64,000 nt of DNA from Candidatus Atabeyarchaeum deiterrae (GCA_037310415.1 CP147780.1:2144001-2208000); one strand, 5' to 3'; shown: positions 36,917 to 47,274, counted from the first letter of the stretch. The notes: generated by a model from the letters alone, not told the origin. Made by a program: numbers and translations.

Positions 36917-37268
36917 CTCATCGTGTAATATAGGACCAAAGGTTAGGAAACCTAAGCCTACCCTTCAGCATGATTCCATTTCCGCGCAGAGGTCATTCTT
37001 CCTTTGTATCCGGCGTCCAGATTTGCAGTCGTGAATTGCTATTGCGATTCTCTCAATTTTCTCCCCAATTGACTGTCGTCTCATGTGATAATTGTAAATT
37101 AATATATTAAAGTAACCATTCGTCTGCGGATGCCGCAATATTTGAACACACCTGCGGATTCGACTGTTCAACTGCGATAGAAGTGTATCACGCGCAACAG
37201 AAAAAGAGAACGGAACGCCCATGAGGACTCCATATTTGCACGCGAAATCCATGAGCTTCCTGGATGTC

Positions 37269-38444
37269 CTACTTCTTCTTACTTCCCTTGAATTCCTTGT
37301 AGACTTCTCGCTGTATTAGGAATCTACAAATCTCTGCGGTTCCGCCGCCTATCGTCGCGAGCCTTGCAGTTCGGGCAAGCATTTCGATGGGATACTCCTT
37401 CGTGTAGCCGATTCCTCCAAGGACTTGAAGTGCCTGGTAGGTCACGTCGATTGCAGTTTCCGAGGCGAATAGTTTAGCCATCGTAGCGTGCTTCGTAGCT
37501 GGGAGACCCTTGTCGAGTCTTCTGGCTGCTTCGAGGGCTAGTAATCGAGTTGCTTCTATTCTCGTCGCCATGTCAGCCACCTTGAAGCTTACTGCCTCAA
37601 ATCTACTAATGGTCTGGTCAAACTGCACTCGCTCGGTAGAGTACTTTACGGCGATATCGAGAGCTGCTCTCGCCCCACCAATCAGTTGTCCTGCAATAGC
37701 AGTTCTTTCACTGTCGAGTTCATCCATCAATATTGGAAAACCAAAACTCTCTGCTCCAAGAAGATTCTCTTTTGGAACATTCACGTTTTCGAACTTCAGG
37801 TGCGAGACCTTTGCCCCGTCTAACCCCATCAACTCGTAGTCTTTGAGGGCGGTGAATCCAGGCATGCCCTTCTCAATTATGAAGGCAGACATCCCTTGGT
37901 GCGGGTGTACCTTCGGGTTCGTAATTGCGAATATGCAGAGGAAATCGGCTTGACTGCCATTGGTGATGAAGCGCTTCTCGCCATTTAGAACATAGTGATC
38001 TCCTTCTTTCCTAGCATTGGTTTTCATTCCAGCAGTGTCGGATCCGACGTCGGGTTCAGTTATGCCTATCGCTCCAATCTTTTCTCCTTTGATCACTGGA
38101 GCTAAGTACTTATGCCTTTGCTCTTTAGTCCCGAATCTGTTTAATGGCATGCCATAAAGGCACACGGAAGCTAGACGGCAGAGGTCGAGTGAGCCACTTG
38201 CGTAGGCAATCTCGTCACCAACGATTATCTCATACGCCAATCCTTTTGCCGACCCGCCGACATCCTTTGGATGCAGGACTCCAAGGAAACCCTGCGCTCC
38301 GAGTTTCCTGAATGATTTCTTGATGAGTTCATAACCATTTTTCTTCTCTATTCCGGTGACCATCGGCTCTATCTCATTCTTGACGAATTCTCGTAGTTCA
38401 TCTCTGAACTTGTTTTCTTCTTCTGTGAAAAACACGGAACTCAT
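37269..38444 (-). CDS. Acyl-CoA dehydrogenase
   Basis: ITEPDVGSD, NGEKRFITNG, RVQFDQ, GGIGYTKEY, IGGGTAEI. Confidence 0.95.
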   Translation of the reverse strand: MSSVFFTEEENKFRDELREFVKNEIEPMVTGIEKKNGYELIKKSFRKLGAQGFLGVLHPKDVGGSAKGLAYEIIVGDEIAYASGSLDLCRLASVCLYGMPLNRFGTKEQRHKYLAPVIKGEKIGAIGITEPDVGSDTAGMKTNARKEGDHYVLNGEKRFITNGSQADFLCIFAITNPKVHPHQGMSAFIIEKGMPGFTALKDYELMGLDGAKVSHLKFENVNVPKENLLGAESFGFPILMDELDSERTAIAGQLIGGARAALDIAVKYSTERVQFDQTISRFEAVSFKVADMATRIEATRLLALEAARRLDKGLPATKHATMAKLFASETAIDVTYQALQVLGGIGYTKEYPIEMLARTARLATIGGGTAEICRFLIQREVYKEFKGSKKK

Positions 38445-38506
38445 AATTCGCCTCTCCTGTTGTACAGGTTTGTTCCGAACTTAGATAAAACGTTTTACTT
38501 TTCTCA

Positions 38507-38851
38507 TTATTGTAAAGTTTCAAAACCCATTGGCGCCCCAGCAACTTCACCATACTGGCAGCTAAAGTTTCGACAAAGCACGAGATCCCCGCCCCTTCGG
38601 CCCAGCGCCTTAGGGTCCACGTTAAACCCCCGACTGCGAGCATAGTCAACTATGTCCTGAACCGTGTTCTCGGTCTCCAAGCGAGGCATGTCCTTCAAGT
38701 AGATCCAGAGAAGCTCCTCTTACCGACCCACCGAATTGCCATACGTGTCTCGCTTTTGGCCCATAAGAAAACTGACGATCTCCTCATTGATACCTGCCCG
38801 TAGTTTCCCGAGTACGCAGGCGATCTGACCGTTAGTGACTGGGGAACACAA
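38507..38851 (-). pseudogene. C-terminal remnant of a tyrosine integrase
   Basis: Translated by hand: ...AGINEEIVSFLMGQKRDTYGNSVGR*EELLWIYLKDMPRL...; in-frame TAA at 38720-22. Confidence 0.55.
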
Positions 38852-38860
38852 TAGCTTCTT

Positions 38861-39124
38861 TCACACCTTTCGGTACGCCTCTCTCCGGTGGCGAACATAG
38901 AAAATGGTTAGGATCCTTGATTTGGTCTCAATCTCGTAAATGACTCTGTAGTCACCTACGCGAATTCGATAGAGTTGTTCTGCTCCTCGAAGTTTGCGGA
39001 GCCCAGGAGGGAAAGGATTGCCTGCAAGAGATTCGACGGCGCTGATTATGCGGGCGACTTGTTGGCGATCAATGCTCCTCAGGTCTCGTTCCGCTGACCG
39101 CTTCCATCGTATTTCATACTTCAT
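38861..39124 (-). CDS. relE: RelE/ParE family toxin
   Basis: AERDLRSI, NPFPPGLRKLRG, YRIRVGDYRVIY, HRREAY. Confidence 0.93.
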   Translation of the reverse strand: MKYEIRWKRSAERDLRSIDRQQVARIISAVESLAGNPFPPGLRKLRGAEQLYRIRVGDYRVIYEIETKSRILTIFYVRHRREAYRKV

Positions 39125-39369
39125 AGCAACCCGTCTTCTTTCAGTTTCTCCTTGAGTTCACCGAAAGAAACTGTGGGTTCGTCTCGGCGCTCAGCAATGA
39201 CGGCAAGGTCATGCAGATCCTCAAGGAGTTCCTCGTACTCCTCAATCGGTAGGATTATCGCTTTTCTCTGGCCTTCTTCATTCACGATGTACCGATCGTC
39301 GACTTCTTTCTTCAACTTTGACCCTCTCTCAAATCTACTCCCGCGGGGCTTTATAAGATTTCGGCTCAT
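39121..39369 (-). CDS. Cognate antitoxin (RelB/Phd-like); start probably ~39315
   Basis: YIVNEEGQRKAIILPIEEYEELLEDLHDL; ATGA overlap with the toxin. Confidence 0.85.
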   Translation of the reverse strand: MSRNLIKPRGSRFERGSKLKKEVDDRYIVNEEGQRKAIILPIEEYEELLEDLHDLAVIAERRDEPTVSFGELKEKLKEDGLL

Positions 39370-39659
39370 CTGACTTGGCTGTTACCTTGAACGGTTAGCG
39401 CGATGGTATGCGAGGTATTTTGGGTGGGAAGCGGTCGGTGCCAGCTGTGCAGGTGAATGGGCGCCTGCCCTTTATCAACGTAGTGAAGGAAGATTGAATG
39501 AGAATCAAGCAGGAGAATGGAAAAAGAAGGGGCGGAACATCAGGACTTTACATGTTTTTCCCACTCAGTTTCTTGCACATGGCTGGCAAGCCGAGAGGTC
39601 GCTGTTACCTGGACTATGTTCGAAGGCAGTGAGTGGATCCTCTGTAGTCCAAGGAATGG

Positions 39660-39847
39660 CTAAGCAGTGTATATTTCGGCTTCCCACGGATCCTGTTCAG
39701 ATCGGATTCTCCTCATGGTCCATATCGCCTGTCTTTGTCCAAGACCGACATGAGTTTGGCAAGGTGCTTACAGAGCATCTTCCGCGCAGCCACTTTGCCC
39801 CAGTCTGCACAGTCGTGAAGTGTGACTTTTTTGTCGGTGTCGATGAC
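39660..39847 (-). pseudogene. SWIM-like zinc-finger domain remnant, frameshifted
   Basis: VIDTDKKVTLHDCADWGKVAARKMLCKHLAKLMSVL, then a frame change to AIWTMRRIRSEQDPWEAEIYTA*; upstream in-frame stop. Confidence 0.5.
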
Positions 39848-40191
39848 TTAGTTAAGCTCATGGATAAGTCTAATCCAAGTATCCTTGATTCCATGGTTCT
39901 ACAGAACACAACGCTTACACAAGCTAGTAGAGAGCCCGCTATGCAACTGCTCTTCAGTGAAGAATACTTGAGAATACGTGCGCGCTGCAAGGCGGTGGAA
40001 CCAAAAAAAGAGGGTTGATGAGTTCTGTAACTTCACAAAGTTGTAGAACGTAACTTCTTACATCCTCCTACAATGTCTAACTGAAGATGTATTTGCAGCG
40101 CGGGTTGGAGTTGTAGAAGTTGACCTACCAAGAAATGCTGAAATAGTCCAACGTTCAACATATGCTTAACGATTCGTCCGGCAATTAAAGT

Positions 40192-41013
40192 ATGAGGCGA
40201 ATGCTCAGAATGGAGAAGATAAGAGGACTTGCGAAGAGAATTGAGGAAGAAGGAAGCAGAACAACGCCGCTCAGCATCAGAAAGTTCCTCATAGGATCTG
40301 GTCTAAGCGCTCCCCTAGACAAGAAGAATACGGAGATCCTCATGATAACGGGCTGCTATGTGCCATACAGCAGCATCGAAGGATTCATTTCGCTTGTGAA
40401 GTTGCTGAAGCATTTCGGCGTGGATTTCACTTTCTTGGAGAAGGAATACTGTTGCTCAGAGCCGCTATTGCAGAAAGCGAAAACTAAGGAGGAAAAGGAC
40501 GCTGCGACAAAACTTGCCGAGAACTTCGTCAACAGAAATACTGCGGCAACGAAGAAGTTGGGAGCAAAGAGAGTAGCTTCAGTTTGCCTCGGATGTGCTT
40601 CAATGATGAAGCAGTACTCGGATCCAAATTTCGGTCTTGAGTTGCTCTACTATCCAAACCTATTGCTTGAATTGAATCCGAAGATGGAATACCACGGAAA
40701 AGAGAAAGTGGGATACTTTGTTCCATGCATGAGACACCACTTAGCTTATGCGCCAAAAGCGAAGGAAATCGATCTCATGTCCGCATCAAGTCTCCTGAAC
40801 TCAGTTGAGGGACTTAACTATGTCACGTTCGAGGGCATGTGTTGTGTTGACAACCCTTACGAGGCGATACGAGAGTTCAAAGACAAGGGTGTTCAGAGAG
40901 TTGTTACTCAGTGCTTTGGTTGCCAAGCATATCTGCAAGGAAATTCAATTGGTCTTGGAGGACCTCAGATCATTACTCTTCCTGAATTCATGATGGAGAG
41001 CTTAGTGAGGTGA
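40192..41013 (+). CDS. Two-CCG-domain Fe-S protein (HdrB/GlpC-like)
   Basis: GC...CC...CLGC and C...CC...CFGC. Confidence 0.85.
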   Translation: MRRMLRMEKIRGLAKRIEEEGSRTTPLSIRKFLIGSGLSAPLDKKNTEILMITGCYVPYSSIEGFISLVKLLKHFGVDFTFLEKEYCCSEPLLQKAKTKEEKDAATKLAENFVNRNTAATKKLGAKRVASVCLGCASMMKQYSDPNFGLELLYYPNLLLELNPKMEYHGKEKVGYFVPCMRHHLAYAPKAKEIDLMSASSLLNSVEGLNYVTFEGMCCVDNPYEAIREFKDKGVQRVVTQCFGCQAYLQGNSIGLGGPQIITLPEFMMESLVR

Positions 41014-41053
41014 AAGGAAAGAATATCACCGGCGTGTGTAGGGGTGGGTCTGC

Positions 41054-41755
41054 TTGATCGAATCCGCGTACCTCGGGGTTGTACTGATAGGCTCACTTCA
41101 TGGTATCGAACCGGGTCATGGTTGGCCCGTAGCTTTCCTTTATTCCATCAAAAGAGAAAGACCGATCGTCTCCGGTTTGGTGACTTCTGGAATTCTTGCT
41201 TTCTTCCACTTTTCCTCTTCGATTGTAGCGGCTGCAGCGTATGTACTGCTATCTACTCTTCTCTATGTTCCCACGACCATCCTGAAGTATGTTGCTGCAG
41301 GGATTCTGATTGTGCTTGCAGTCAGTTTCTGGAGGGAAAAAGTTGAGGATGAGTTTGATGCTCAACATGGACACCTTCATGGTAATCCCAAAGAGATTGA
41401 ACACGAGCACGAACATGAGCATCCTAGTGGAGAGAGGCACATCCACATTCACAGACATTCAAAAAGCGTGAAGCTGAGTCTTGGTGGCATCGCCTTGTAT
41501 GCCTTTATGCTGGGGTTTGTTCATGAGGAGGAGTTCGCTCTTCTTGCGTTGGCGGTGGCTGGTGTGGACCCTTGGCTGTTGATGATTGTCTACGGCCTCG
41601 CGGTATCCGCTTCGCTAATAGGGGTTACTCTCCTGTGTGTCAAAGCATTCCAGTACTTCTTACCCAAGATCCAGAGGTATGCGAAATATGTCCCAAAGAT
41701 CAGCGCGATTACGCTTCTCGTACTTGCCGCGGCATTCGTTCTCAACATCGCGTAG
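41054..41755 (+). CDS. NiCoT/RcnA-like nickel/cobalt transporter
   Basis: LHGIEPGHGWP, His-rich loop, GFVHEEEF. Confidence 0.85.
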   Translation: MIESAYLGVVLIGSLHGIEPGHGWPVAFLYSIKRERPIVSGLVTSGILAFFHFSSSIVAAAAYVLLSTLLYVPTTILKYVAAGILIVLAVSFWREKVEDEFDAQHGHLHGNPKEIEHEHEHEHPSGERHIHIHRHSKSVKLSLGGIALYAFMLGFVHEEEFALLALAVAGVDPWLLMIVYGLAVSASLIGVTLLCVKAFQYFLPKIQRYAKYVPKISAITLLVLAAAFVLNIA

Positions 41756-41789
41756 AACTACATGAGAAAGAGAATTCAATGATCTTTAG

Positions 41790-42686
41790 TTATCTTCCTA
41801 GGAATTCCAAGAGATATCTGTTTACTAAATCTGGTGCTTCCTGTTGCACCCAATGTCCACAATCTGGAATGTATTTGATTTCATATGGTCCGTCCACATA
41901 CTTCTCCATTCCAAATGTCAAGGACTTGTCGAGTGCAGCATCGTTTTCTCCCCAGATGACAAGGGTCGGGCATTTTACCTTCGGAAACTTCTTGGTGACC
42001 TTTTCCCGTTGGTCTCTCGGCATTAGCATTATTTGTGCTGGGTTCATGTTTGCTCGGTAATAGTTGATGGAGGCAGTGAGTGCTCCCGGCTTTGACCAAG
42101 CCTCAATGAATCGCCTTGTGTCCTCTTCATTGAATGCCTTTTTGTTGACAGCAGACCCTATTAGCATCATCTTCAGGAATTCGAAGTTGTTCTGGCTCAG
42201 TATTTTTTCAGGGGCCTCTGGCTGCTGGAAGAAGAAAATGTACCAACTTTTCTGGAGTTGGCGAGCATTCATTGACAGGAAGGCTTCAGTGAGCGCGAAT
42301 GGGTGAGGGCAATTGAGGATAACGAGTTTGTTAATGCTTTGCGGAGCCATCATGGCTAGGCTCCATGCTACTGCCCCGCCCCAATCGTGCCCAACTATTG
42401 TTGCCTTCTTCTCGCCTAGCGCATCGATGAGACCCACGATATCTTGGACCAGCACCGAAGTAGAATAGTTCTTTAACCCCGTGGGTTTGTCGGTTTCATT
42501 GTACCCCCGCAAATCCGGAGCCACAACCCTGAAGCGCTCTGATAGTGCGGGAATCTGGTGCCGCCACGAGTACCAGAACTCAGGGAACCCATGAAGAAGT
42601 AATACTAGCCCGCCCGAGCCATCCGCGACATAGTGGATGTTGATATTGTTGGCGTTAATGTAGGCGTGTTTCCAAATTCCTCCCAA
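41790..42686 (-). CDS. Alpha/beta hydrolase (epoxide hydrolase-like)
   Basis: HGFPE, GHDWGG, NYYRA, GHWVQQE. Confidence 0.93.
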   Translation of the reverse strand: MGGIWKHAYINANNINIHYVADGSGGLVLLLHGFPEFWYSWRHQIPALSERFRVVAPDLRGYNETDKPTGLKNYSTSVLVQDIVGLIDALGEKKATIVGHDWGGAVAWSLAMMAPQSINKLVILNCPHPFALTEAFLSMNARQLQKSWYIFFFQQPEAPEKILSQNNFEFLKMMLIGSAVNKKAFNEEDTRRFIEAWSKPGALTASINYYRANMNPAQIMLMPRDQREKVTKKFPKVKCPTLVIWGENDAALDKSLTFGMEKYVDGPYEIKYIPDCGHWVQQEAPDLVNRYLLEFLGR

Positions 42687-42744
42687 GTTCAGTTACCTCC
42701 TATGGATGCTATGAATCAAATCTTAGGCGTCTTAGCCAAGCATC

Positions 42745-44742
42745 CTATTTCTTCCTTATCTTGACGATTGTACTGTTGAATGTTGATCCTCCGCCGAGAT
42801 TCTGACTCGCGTCTGATATTATCGTGTTCTGAGGTTTTCCGTTCAAGTCGGTGAATTCTCTAGGTGACCACAATACTCCTCTCGGAACTGAATTTGAAAT
42901 CTCGGTTCTGACTCTGATGCTGCCAAAATCATTGAAAAGCTCGACAATACCTTTGTCAATTAGAGAATAGACCTTAGCATCTTGCGGGCTTACGAGAACT
43001 GTTGATGCTATTGGACCATACACGTCTTGGAACTGTGTGTGCGTATACTTAGCGACTGCGCTGCTCAGTAGCACAAATCCTTCATCTCCCAAAAGCTGGT
43101 ATTGTTTAGGCAGAGGCGATGCTCCCATCTGTTCAGCCCCTGTTGCGTAGAACTCTATTCTGCCTGTTGGAGTCTGATACTCTTCCTTGGGTTTCATTTT
43201 GAGCTTCAGTGTCTTGCCTTCTCTCAGGTCAGATGTACTTCCGTTTTCGAATGCGTTTTTCATGGCTGTCTCAATCGCCCTCCAAGGTTCCTCGCGTAGC
43301 CATTCTTCCTTAAGATCCAACCTTTCGGCTAGCTGAGACATAACCCATATTTCGTCTCTGCTTTCTCCTAAGGGCTCGATAACCTTGTTTGACTTTCTAA
43401 CGTAGCTGTGGCTGTATGAGGGTACAATGTCCTCTTTCTCCAAGAAGGTGGGCGAAGGCAAGATGAGATCCGCGTACCTCCTTGCCGTTTGGGTCCAATG
43501 AGTGTCGTTGACCACGACGAACAAATCTTTTCTCTTTAATCCTTCAATTATCGCATTCTGGTTGGGTAGGGTTTCGGCTGGGTTCATGTTGTGGATGTAG
43601 AGGAACTTGAATTCACCCTTTCTCAAGCGCTGACCCAGCGCTACTTGGCTGACCACTTTGATCTTCTTTTGTGTGAGGGATTCGCCTGTAAGGTAGCGAT
43701 TGTCTATGTTCCAAGCTCTGCCATTTGAGTAGAAGAAGCCCCTGTGCAAACCCATTAATGCGGGTATGAGCGAAATTGCCCTTACAGATTCTGCACCGTG
43801 TATACTCTTCTGCATTCCAATTCCAATCATTGTGACACTGGGTTTGTTTGAAGCATAAAGTTCAGCGAGCCTCGCTATGGTGCTCCAATTCAAGCCAGTG
43901 AGTTTCTCGATTGATTCGAGGCTCCAGTTGGATACTTCCTCCTTCAACTTATCGAAACCCTGCGTATATTTCTTGATGAAATTCTGGTCGACCAAATCTT
44001 TGTCGACTAGGTGTTTCATAACGCCGTAAGCTAATGCAACATCACTTCCGGGTGTCGGCCGAATCTGCAAGTCAGCCGCCTTTCCTGTCTCACTCTGCCT
44101 AGGATCTATAGCGACGATTAGTCCTCCCTTAGCCCTTGTCTTCGACGACAAAGAGAACAAATGTGGAGCGCTCACTGCTGCATTAAAGCCCCAAAAGACG
44201 GTCAATTTCATTTTAGGTAGATCGTCAGGGTCGACTCCATAGGATGTGCCATAGTGAAGTGAGAGTGCATCGTGTCCAGACTTACTGCAAATGGCGCCGT
44301 CTGTCTGGGTGAAACCAAGTGCATAGAATAACCTCTGATGCATGTATTCAGTAAGTAAACCCATGTTTCCGCTGTAGTACAAGTGCAAAAGAGAATCAGG
44401 TCCGAATTTGTTCAACGCGCCTGCGAGTCTATCAGCCAATAGACCAAGTGCGTCGTGCCATGAGATTCTTTCAAGTAATCCCTCAGGTTTTTCGCCCACT
44501 CGTCTATGAGGGTATAGAACCCGTTCCTGGCTGTATGTTCTCTTGATGTCTCCGACCCCTCGAGGACAGAGAAAACCTTGGGTGATTGGACTATTCTCAT
44601 CTCCAAGAACGCGAGTTGGTGTCATCTCATTGTCCAGGATGACTCTCATGAAGCAGGTGTCGTAGCAGTCACGGGGACAAACGGTTTCCACAAGAACCAT
44701 GAGCTCATCAGCTTCCGTGAATTGATGAGAGACATTGGGCAT
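42745..44742 (-). CDS. Molybdopterin/tungstopterin oxidoreductase catalytic subunit (DMSO reductase family)
   Basis: CPRDCYDTC...GFLCP, RISWHDAL, AICS, ADLILPS, C-terminal Mo-binding domain. Confidence 0.92.
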   Translation of the reverse strand: MPNVSHQFTEADELMVLVETVCPRDCYDTCFMRVILDNEMTPTRVLGDENSPITQGFLCPRGVGDIKRTYSQERVLYPHRRVGEKPEGLLERISWHDALGLLADRLAGALNKFGPDSLLHLYYSGNMGLLTEYMHQRLFYALGFTQTDGAICSKSGHDALSLHYGTSYGVDPDDLPKMKLTVFWGFNAAVSAPHLFSLSSKTRAKGGLIVAIDPRQSETGKAADLQIRPTPGSDVALAYGVMKHLVDKDLVDQNFIKKYTQGFDKLKEEVSNWSLESIEKLTGLNWSTIARLAELYASNKPSVTMIGIGMQKSIHGAESVRAISLIPALMGLHRGFFYSNGRAWNIDNRYLTGESLTQKKIKVVSQVALGQRLRKGEFKFLYIHNMNPAETLPNQNAIIEGLKRKDLFVVVNDTHWTQTARRYADLILPSPTFLEKEDIVPSYSHSYVRKSNKVIEPLGESRDEIWVMSQLAERLDLKEEWLREEPWRAIETAMKNAFENGSTSDLREGKTLKLKMKPKEEYQTPTGRIEFYATGAEQMGASPLPKQYQLLGDEGFVLLSSAVAKYTHTQFQDVYGPIASTVLVSPQDAKVYSLIDKGIVELFNDFGSIRVRTEISNSVPRGVLWSPREFTDLNGKPQNTIISDASQNLGGGSTFNSTIVKIRKK

Positions 44743-44838
44743 ATTAAGTATTACCGAGCCTGTTCTTCGCTTGATTGATGTGGGCGGAATCTCAAATCAT
44801 TATCCCCTTTCGTTTCTCTTTATGTATGTCCTAACTCC

Positions 44839-45318
44839 TTACGAAGACCGCTGTGAGATTAGATCAATGACCATGCCCGCGGCATTCCCAATGTACTGCC
44901 GGCACTTTGTCTCCCACATCTTCTCATCATTGTACCTTTTGCGCCCCACTTCTGTGGCGAAGTCACATCCGGTCAGTTCTCGGCACAAAATGTGACCGTG
45001 TTCCTTTTCAAATCGCTTCAGAAATTCTCCAGCGAGCGCGTAGACTACAGTCTTCTGCTTAGGGTCATTGCGTCCGAACTTGAGTCCCAAAGCCATCACG
45101 CCTCCTGCAATCGCACCGCAGAGGGAACCGCAGCCGCCGACGCCTCCGCCAAATCCAGTAGCAATCTTCGGAATCAGTTCGCTGCGAATTCCGAGCCAAT
45201 CGCTGACCGCCAATAGTACAGACTCCGAGCACAGGAAACCTTCTGCAGCATGGGCCTTGCTTAGGTTCACAATTTTCTCTCTTTCTGTCAAGTCTATTAC
45301 CAACCTTTTTCTTTTCAT
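44839..45318 (-). CDS. C_GCAxxG_C_C family redox protein
   Basis: CSES, GFGGG, CGAIAGG, CRELTG, C. Confidence 0.9.
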   Translation of the reverse strand: MKRKRLVIDLTEREKIVNLSKAHAAEGFLCSESVLLAVSDWLGIRSELIPKIATGFGGGVGGCGSLCGAIAGGVMALGLKFGRNDPKQKTVVYALAGEFLKRFEKEHGHILCRELTGCDFATEVGRKRYNDEKMWETKCRQYIGNAAGMVIDLISQRSS

Positions 45319-46454
45319 CGAACTCTCTCATCAACTAGGTTTGTTCCTAGCAGTTCTTCTATCTTTTTCGCCAACTTCTCGCCAATTCCTTTGATCTGCA
45401 TTAGCCCTGTGATTCCCTTCTCTCGGTAGATTTTCTTGACGCTTTCGATCAAGTCATCAAGTGCCCAAGCAGCTTTCCTGTAAGCCCATTCTCTGTATCC
45501 TCGTTGACCTGTCATCATCAATTCGCGAGCCTCGTTGTGGAATTCGGCTGCGATTTGCTTGTTGGCTTGAAGTGCTTTGGGATAAAAGTTCACGGGGCGA
45601 GGGATGTGGTCCGGTAGATTGTGCTTCTTGCAGTATTGGAGGACTTTCTGGTGAACCTCCACTTCATGCTCCCCTACTCGTTTTTCATCTTTGTAGAGTT
45701 CCTCGTATTTGGAGATTAAGCTGGGGTTGAATCTCTGAAGTGCATTGTAGAAGTGAGTCTTGCAGTAGCCCGTGAGGGTCAATCCGCCATCTAGAACATA
45801 TTCGCCGCCGCTTTCCTTTGTCATCCTAATGACTGACTCTATGTTCTCATCGGTGTCATAGATGAATGGTAGGATAGGCATGAAGATTGTTCCGGTCATG
45901 ATGCCGTTGTCCTTCAGTTGCTTCATTGCTTTGAATCGTGATGCCGTCGGTGGTGCTTTCGATTCAAGTTTCTGTCGAGTCTCATCGTCCTTGGTTGTGA
46001 TTATTGACCAACCAACGTTGAGATGGGATTTCAGGCTAATCTCTTTCAGCAAATCCAAGTCCTGAAGCAGCAACGGGGATTTCTCATTGACAAAGACTGG
46101 GAAACCCAATGAGAGGCAGACGCTCAGCATACCTCTAACGTACCGGTACTTTGTCTCAATAGGCTGATACCCATCAAGGTAGATCTCTTCAACTGGCTTG
46201 CCCCTCAACGCTCGCATAAGCAGGTCAGGCGCATTTTCCTTTATCTTAATGTACTCTGAGAATGGATCTTCGAACTTCAAAACATCAGGATCCCTTTCAG
46301 CTTTGTGCGGATTGTATTTTTCGTCTCGAGAATAGCAATACTGGCAGCCATGCTCGCACCCAATGTAGGGATCAGCTGAGTATTTCGTCCAAAACCATCC
46401 ATCGACATGCTTATGGATGTTGAGAATGTGTTTGGTTCTATAGACCTTGTACAT
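45315..46454 (-). CDS. SPL-like (Rv2578c-type) radical SAM protein with C-terminal PolX-type HhH domain
   Basis: DPYIGCEHGCQYCY, YQPIE, MPILPF; NKQIA...AYRKAA...IKGIGEKLAKKIEE. Confidence 0.85.
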   Translation of the reverse strand: MYKVYRTKHILNIHKHVDGWFWTKYSADPYIGCEHGCQYCYSRDEKYNPHKAERDPDVLKFEDPFSEYIKIKENAPDLLMRALRGKPVEEIYLDGYQPIETKYRYVRGMLSVCLSLGFPVFVNEKSPLLLQDLDLLKEISLKSHLNVGWSIITTKDDETRQKLESKAPPTASRFKAMKQLKDNGIMTGTIFMPILPFIYDTDENIESVIRMTKESGGEYVLDGGLTLTGYCKTHFYNALQRFNPSLISKYEELYKDEKRVGEHEVEVHQKVLQYCKKHNLPDHIPRPVNFYPKALQANKQIAAEFHNEARELMMTGQRGYREWAYRKAAWALDDLIESVKKIYREKGITGLMQIKGIGEKLAKKIEELLGTNLVDERVR

Positions 46455-46656
46455 GTCCCTCTATCACTGACCTTCTATTCTTGTCTATGTGTTGCTACTT
46501 TGCTTGTCATGTGTCTGGAGATCCTCTCTTTTCCCAAGGATTTTGGTCTGTCGAACGCCACGAAGAGGCTTCGCGGATTGATGTTTAGGCTTATATTGAG
46601 GTAGATTCATCCTACTAAGATAAGGATCCCATTCGAGATAATAGGCGTGTGGAAAC

Positions 46657-47271
46657 ATGGAGGAGAAGGAAATTACTTCTATCTTTGTGGTAGGCCTCGG
46701 CGGTCAAGGGACGATAATGTTTTCAAAGATCCTGTCTACGGCACTGCTACGTAGTGGCTTCAATCTGATTGTGAAGGAAACGACCGGTGGAACGCATCGA
46801 GGCTCGCCTGTGTTCTCTGAGATCAAGTTCGGGTCATCAGGACTGGCGCCTGGTATAGGTGATGGTGAAGCTGATGTAGCGGTCGGGCTTGAGCCTCTTG
46901 AATGTTTGAGATATGCGAGGAAGTATTCCCCTAGCAGTGTCGTGTTAGTTAGCACTCATCCCATTCCTCCTCCTCTTACAATATCCGGGAAGCCATATCC
47001 TCCATTGAAAGCAATTCTCGACGGCCTGAAGGAACTTACTGGAAAACTGATCCAATTCAATGCTACCAAGATCGCTGTCGAAGATTGTGGACATCAGGCA
47101 GTGGCTAACATGGTTATGTTGGGTGTCTTCACGGGATTGAGGATAATTAAAGGGCTCAAGAAGGAGCGTGTTATGGAAGCTGTTCAGGAGCTCACACCCG
47201 AGGCATCTAGGGATATGAATATCGCCGCATTTGAAAAAGGATTGCAGCTAAGCGTAAGACTCGATGAGTAG
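46657..47271 (+). CDS. iorB: Indolepyruvate:ferredoxin oxidoreductase beta subunit
   Basis: GLGGQG, RGSPV, EPLECLR, NMVMLG, NIAAFEKG. Confidence 0.88.
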   Translation: MEEKEITSIFVVGLGGQGTIMFSKILSTALLRSGFNLIVKETTGGTHRGSPVFSEIKFGSSGLAPGIGDGEADVAVGLEPLECLRYARKYSPSSVVLVSTHPIPPPLTISGKPYPPLKAILDGLKELTGKLIQFNATKIAVEDCGHQAVANMVMLGVFTGLRIIKGLKKERVMEAVQELTPEASRDMNIAAFEKGLQLSVRLDE

Positions 47272-47274
47272 AGA

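Noticed and set aside
37085-37115. AT-rich palindrome TTAATATATTAA as a replication origin
   Set aside because: No ORB boxes and no cdc6/orc1 nearby; more likely a promoter
39494-40018. 174-aa + strand ORF
   Set aside because: Not protein-like and antisense to the SWIM pseudogene
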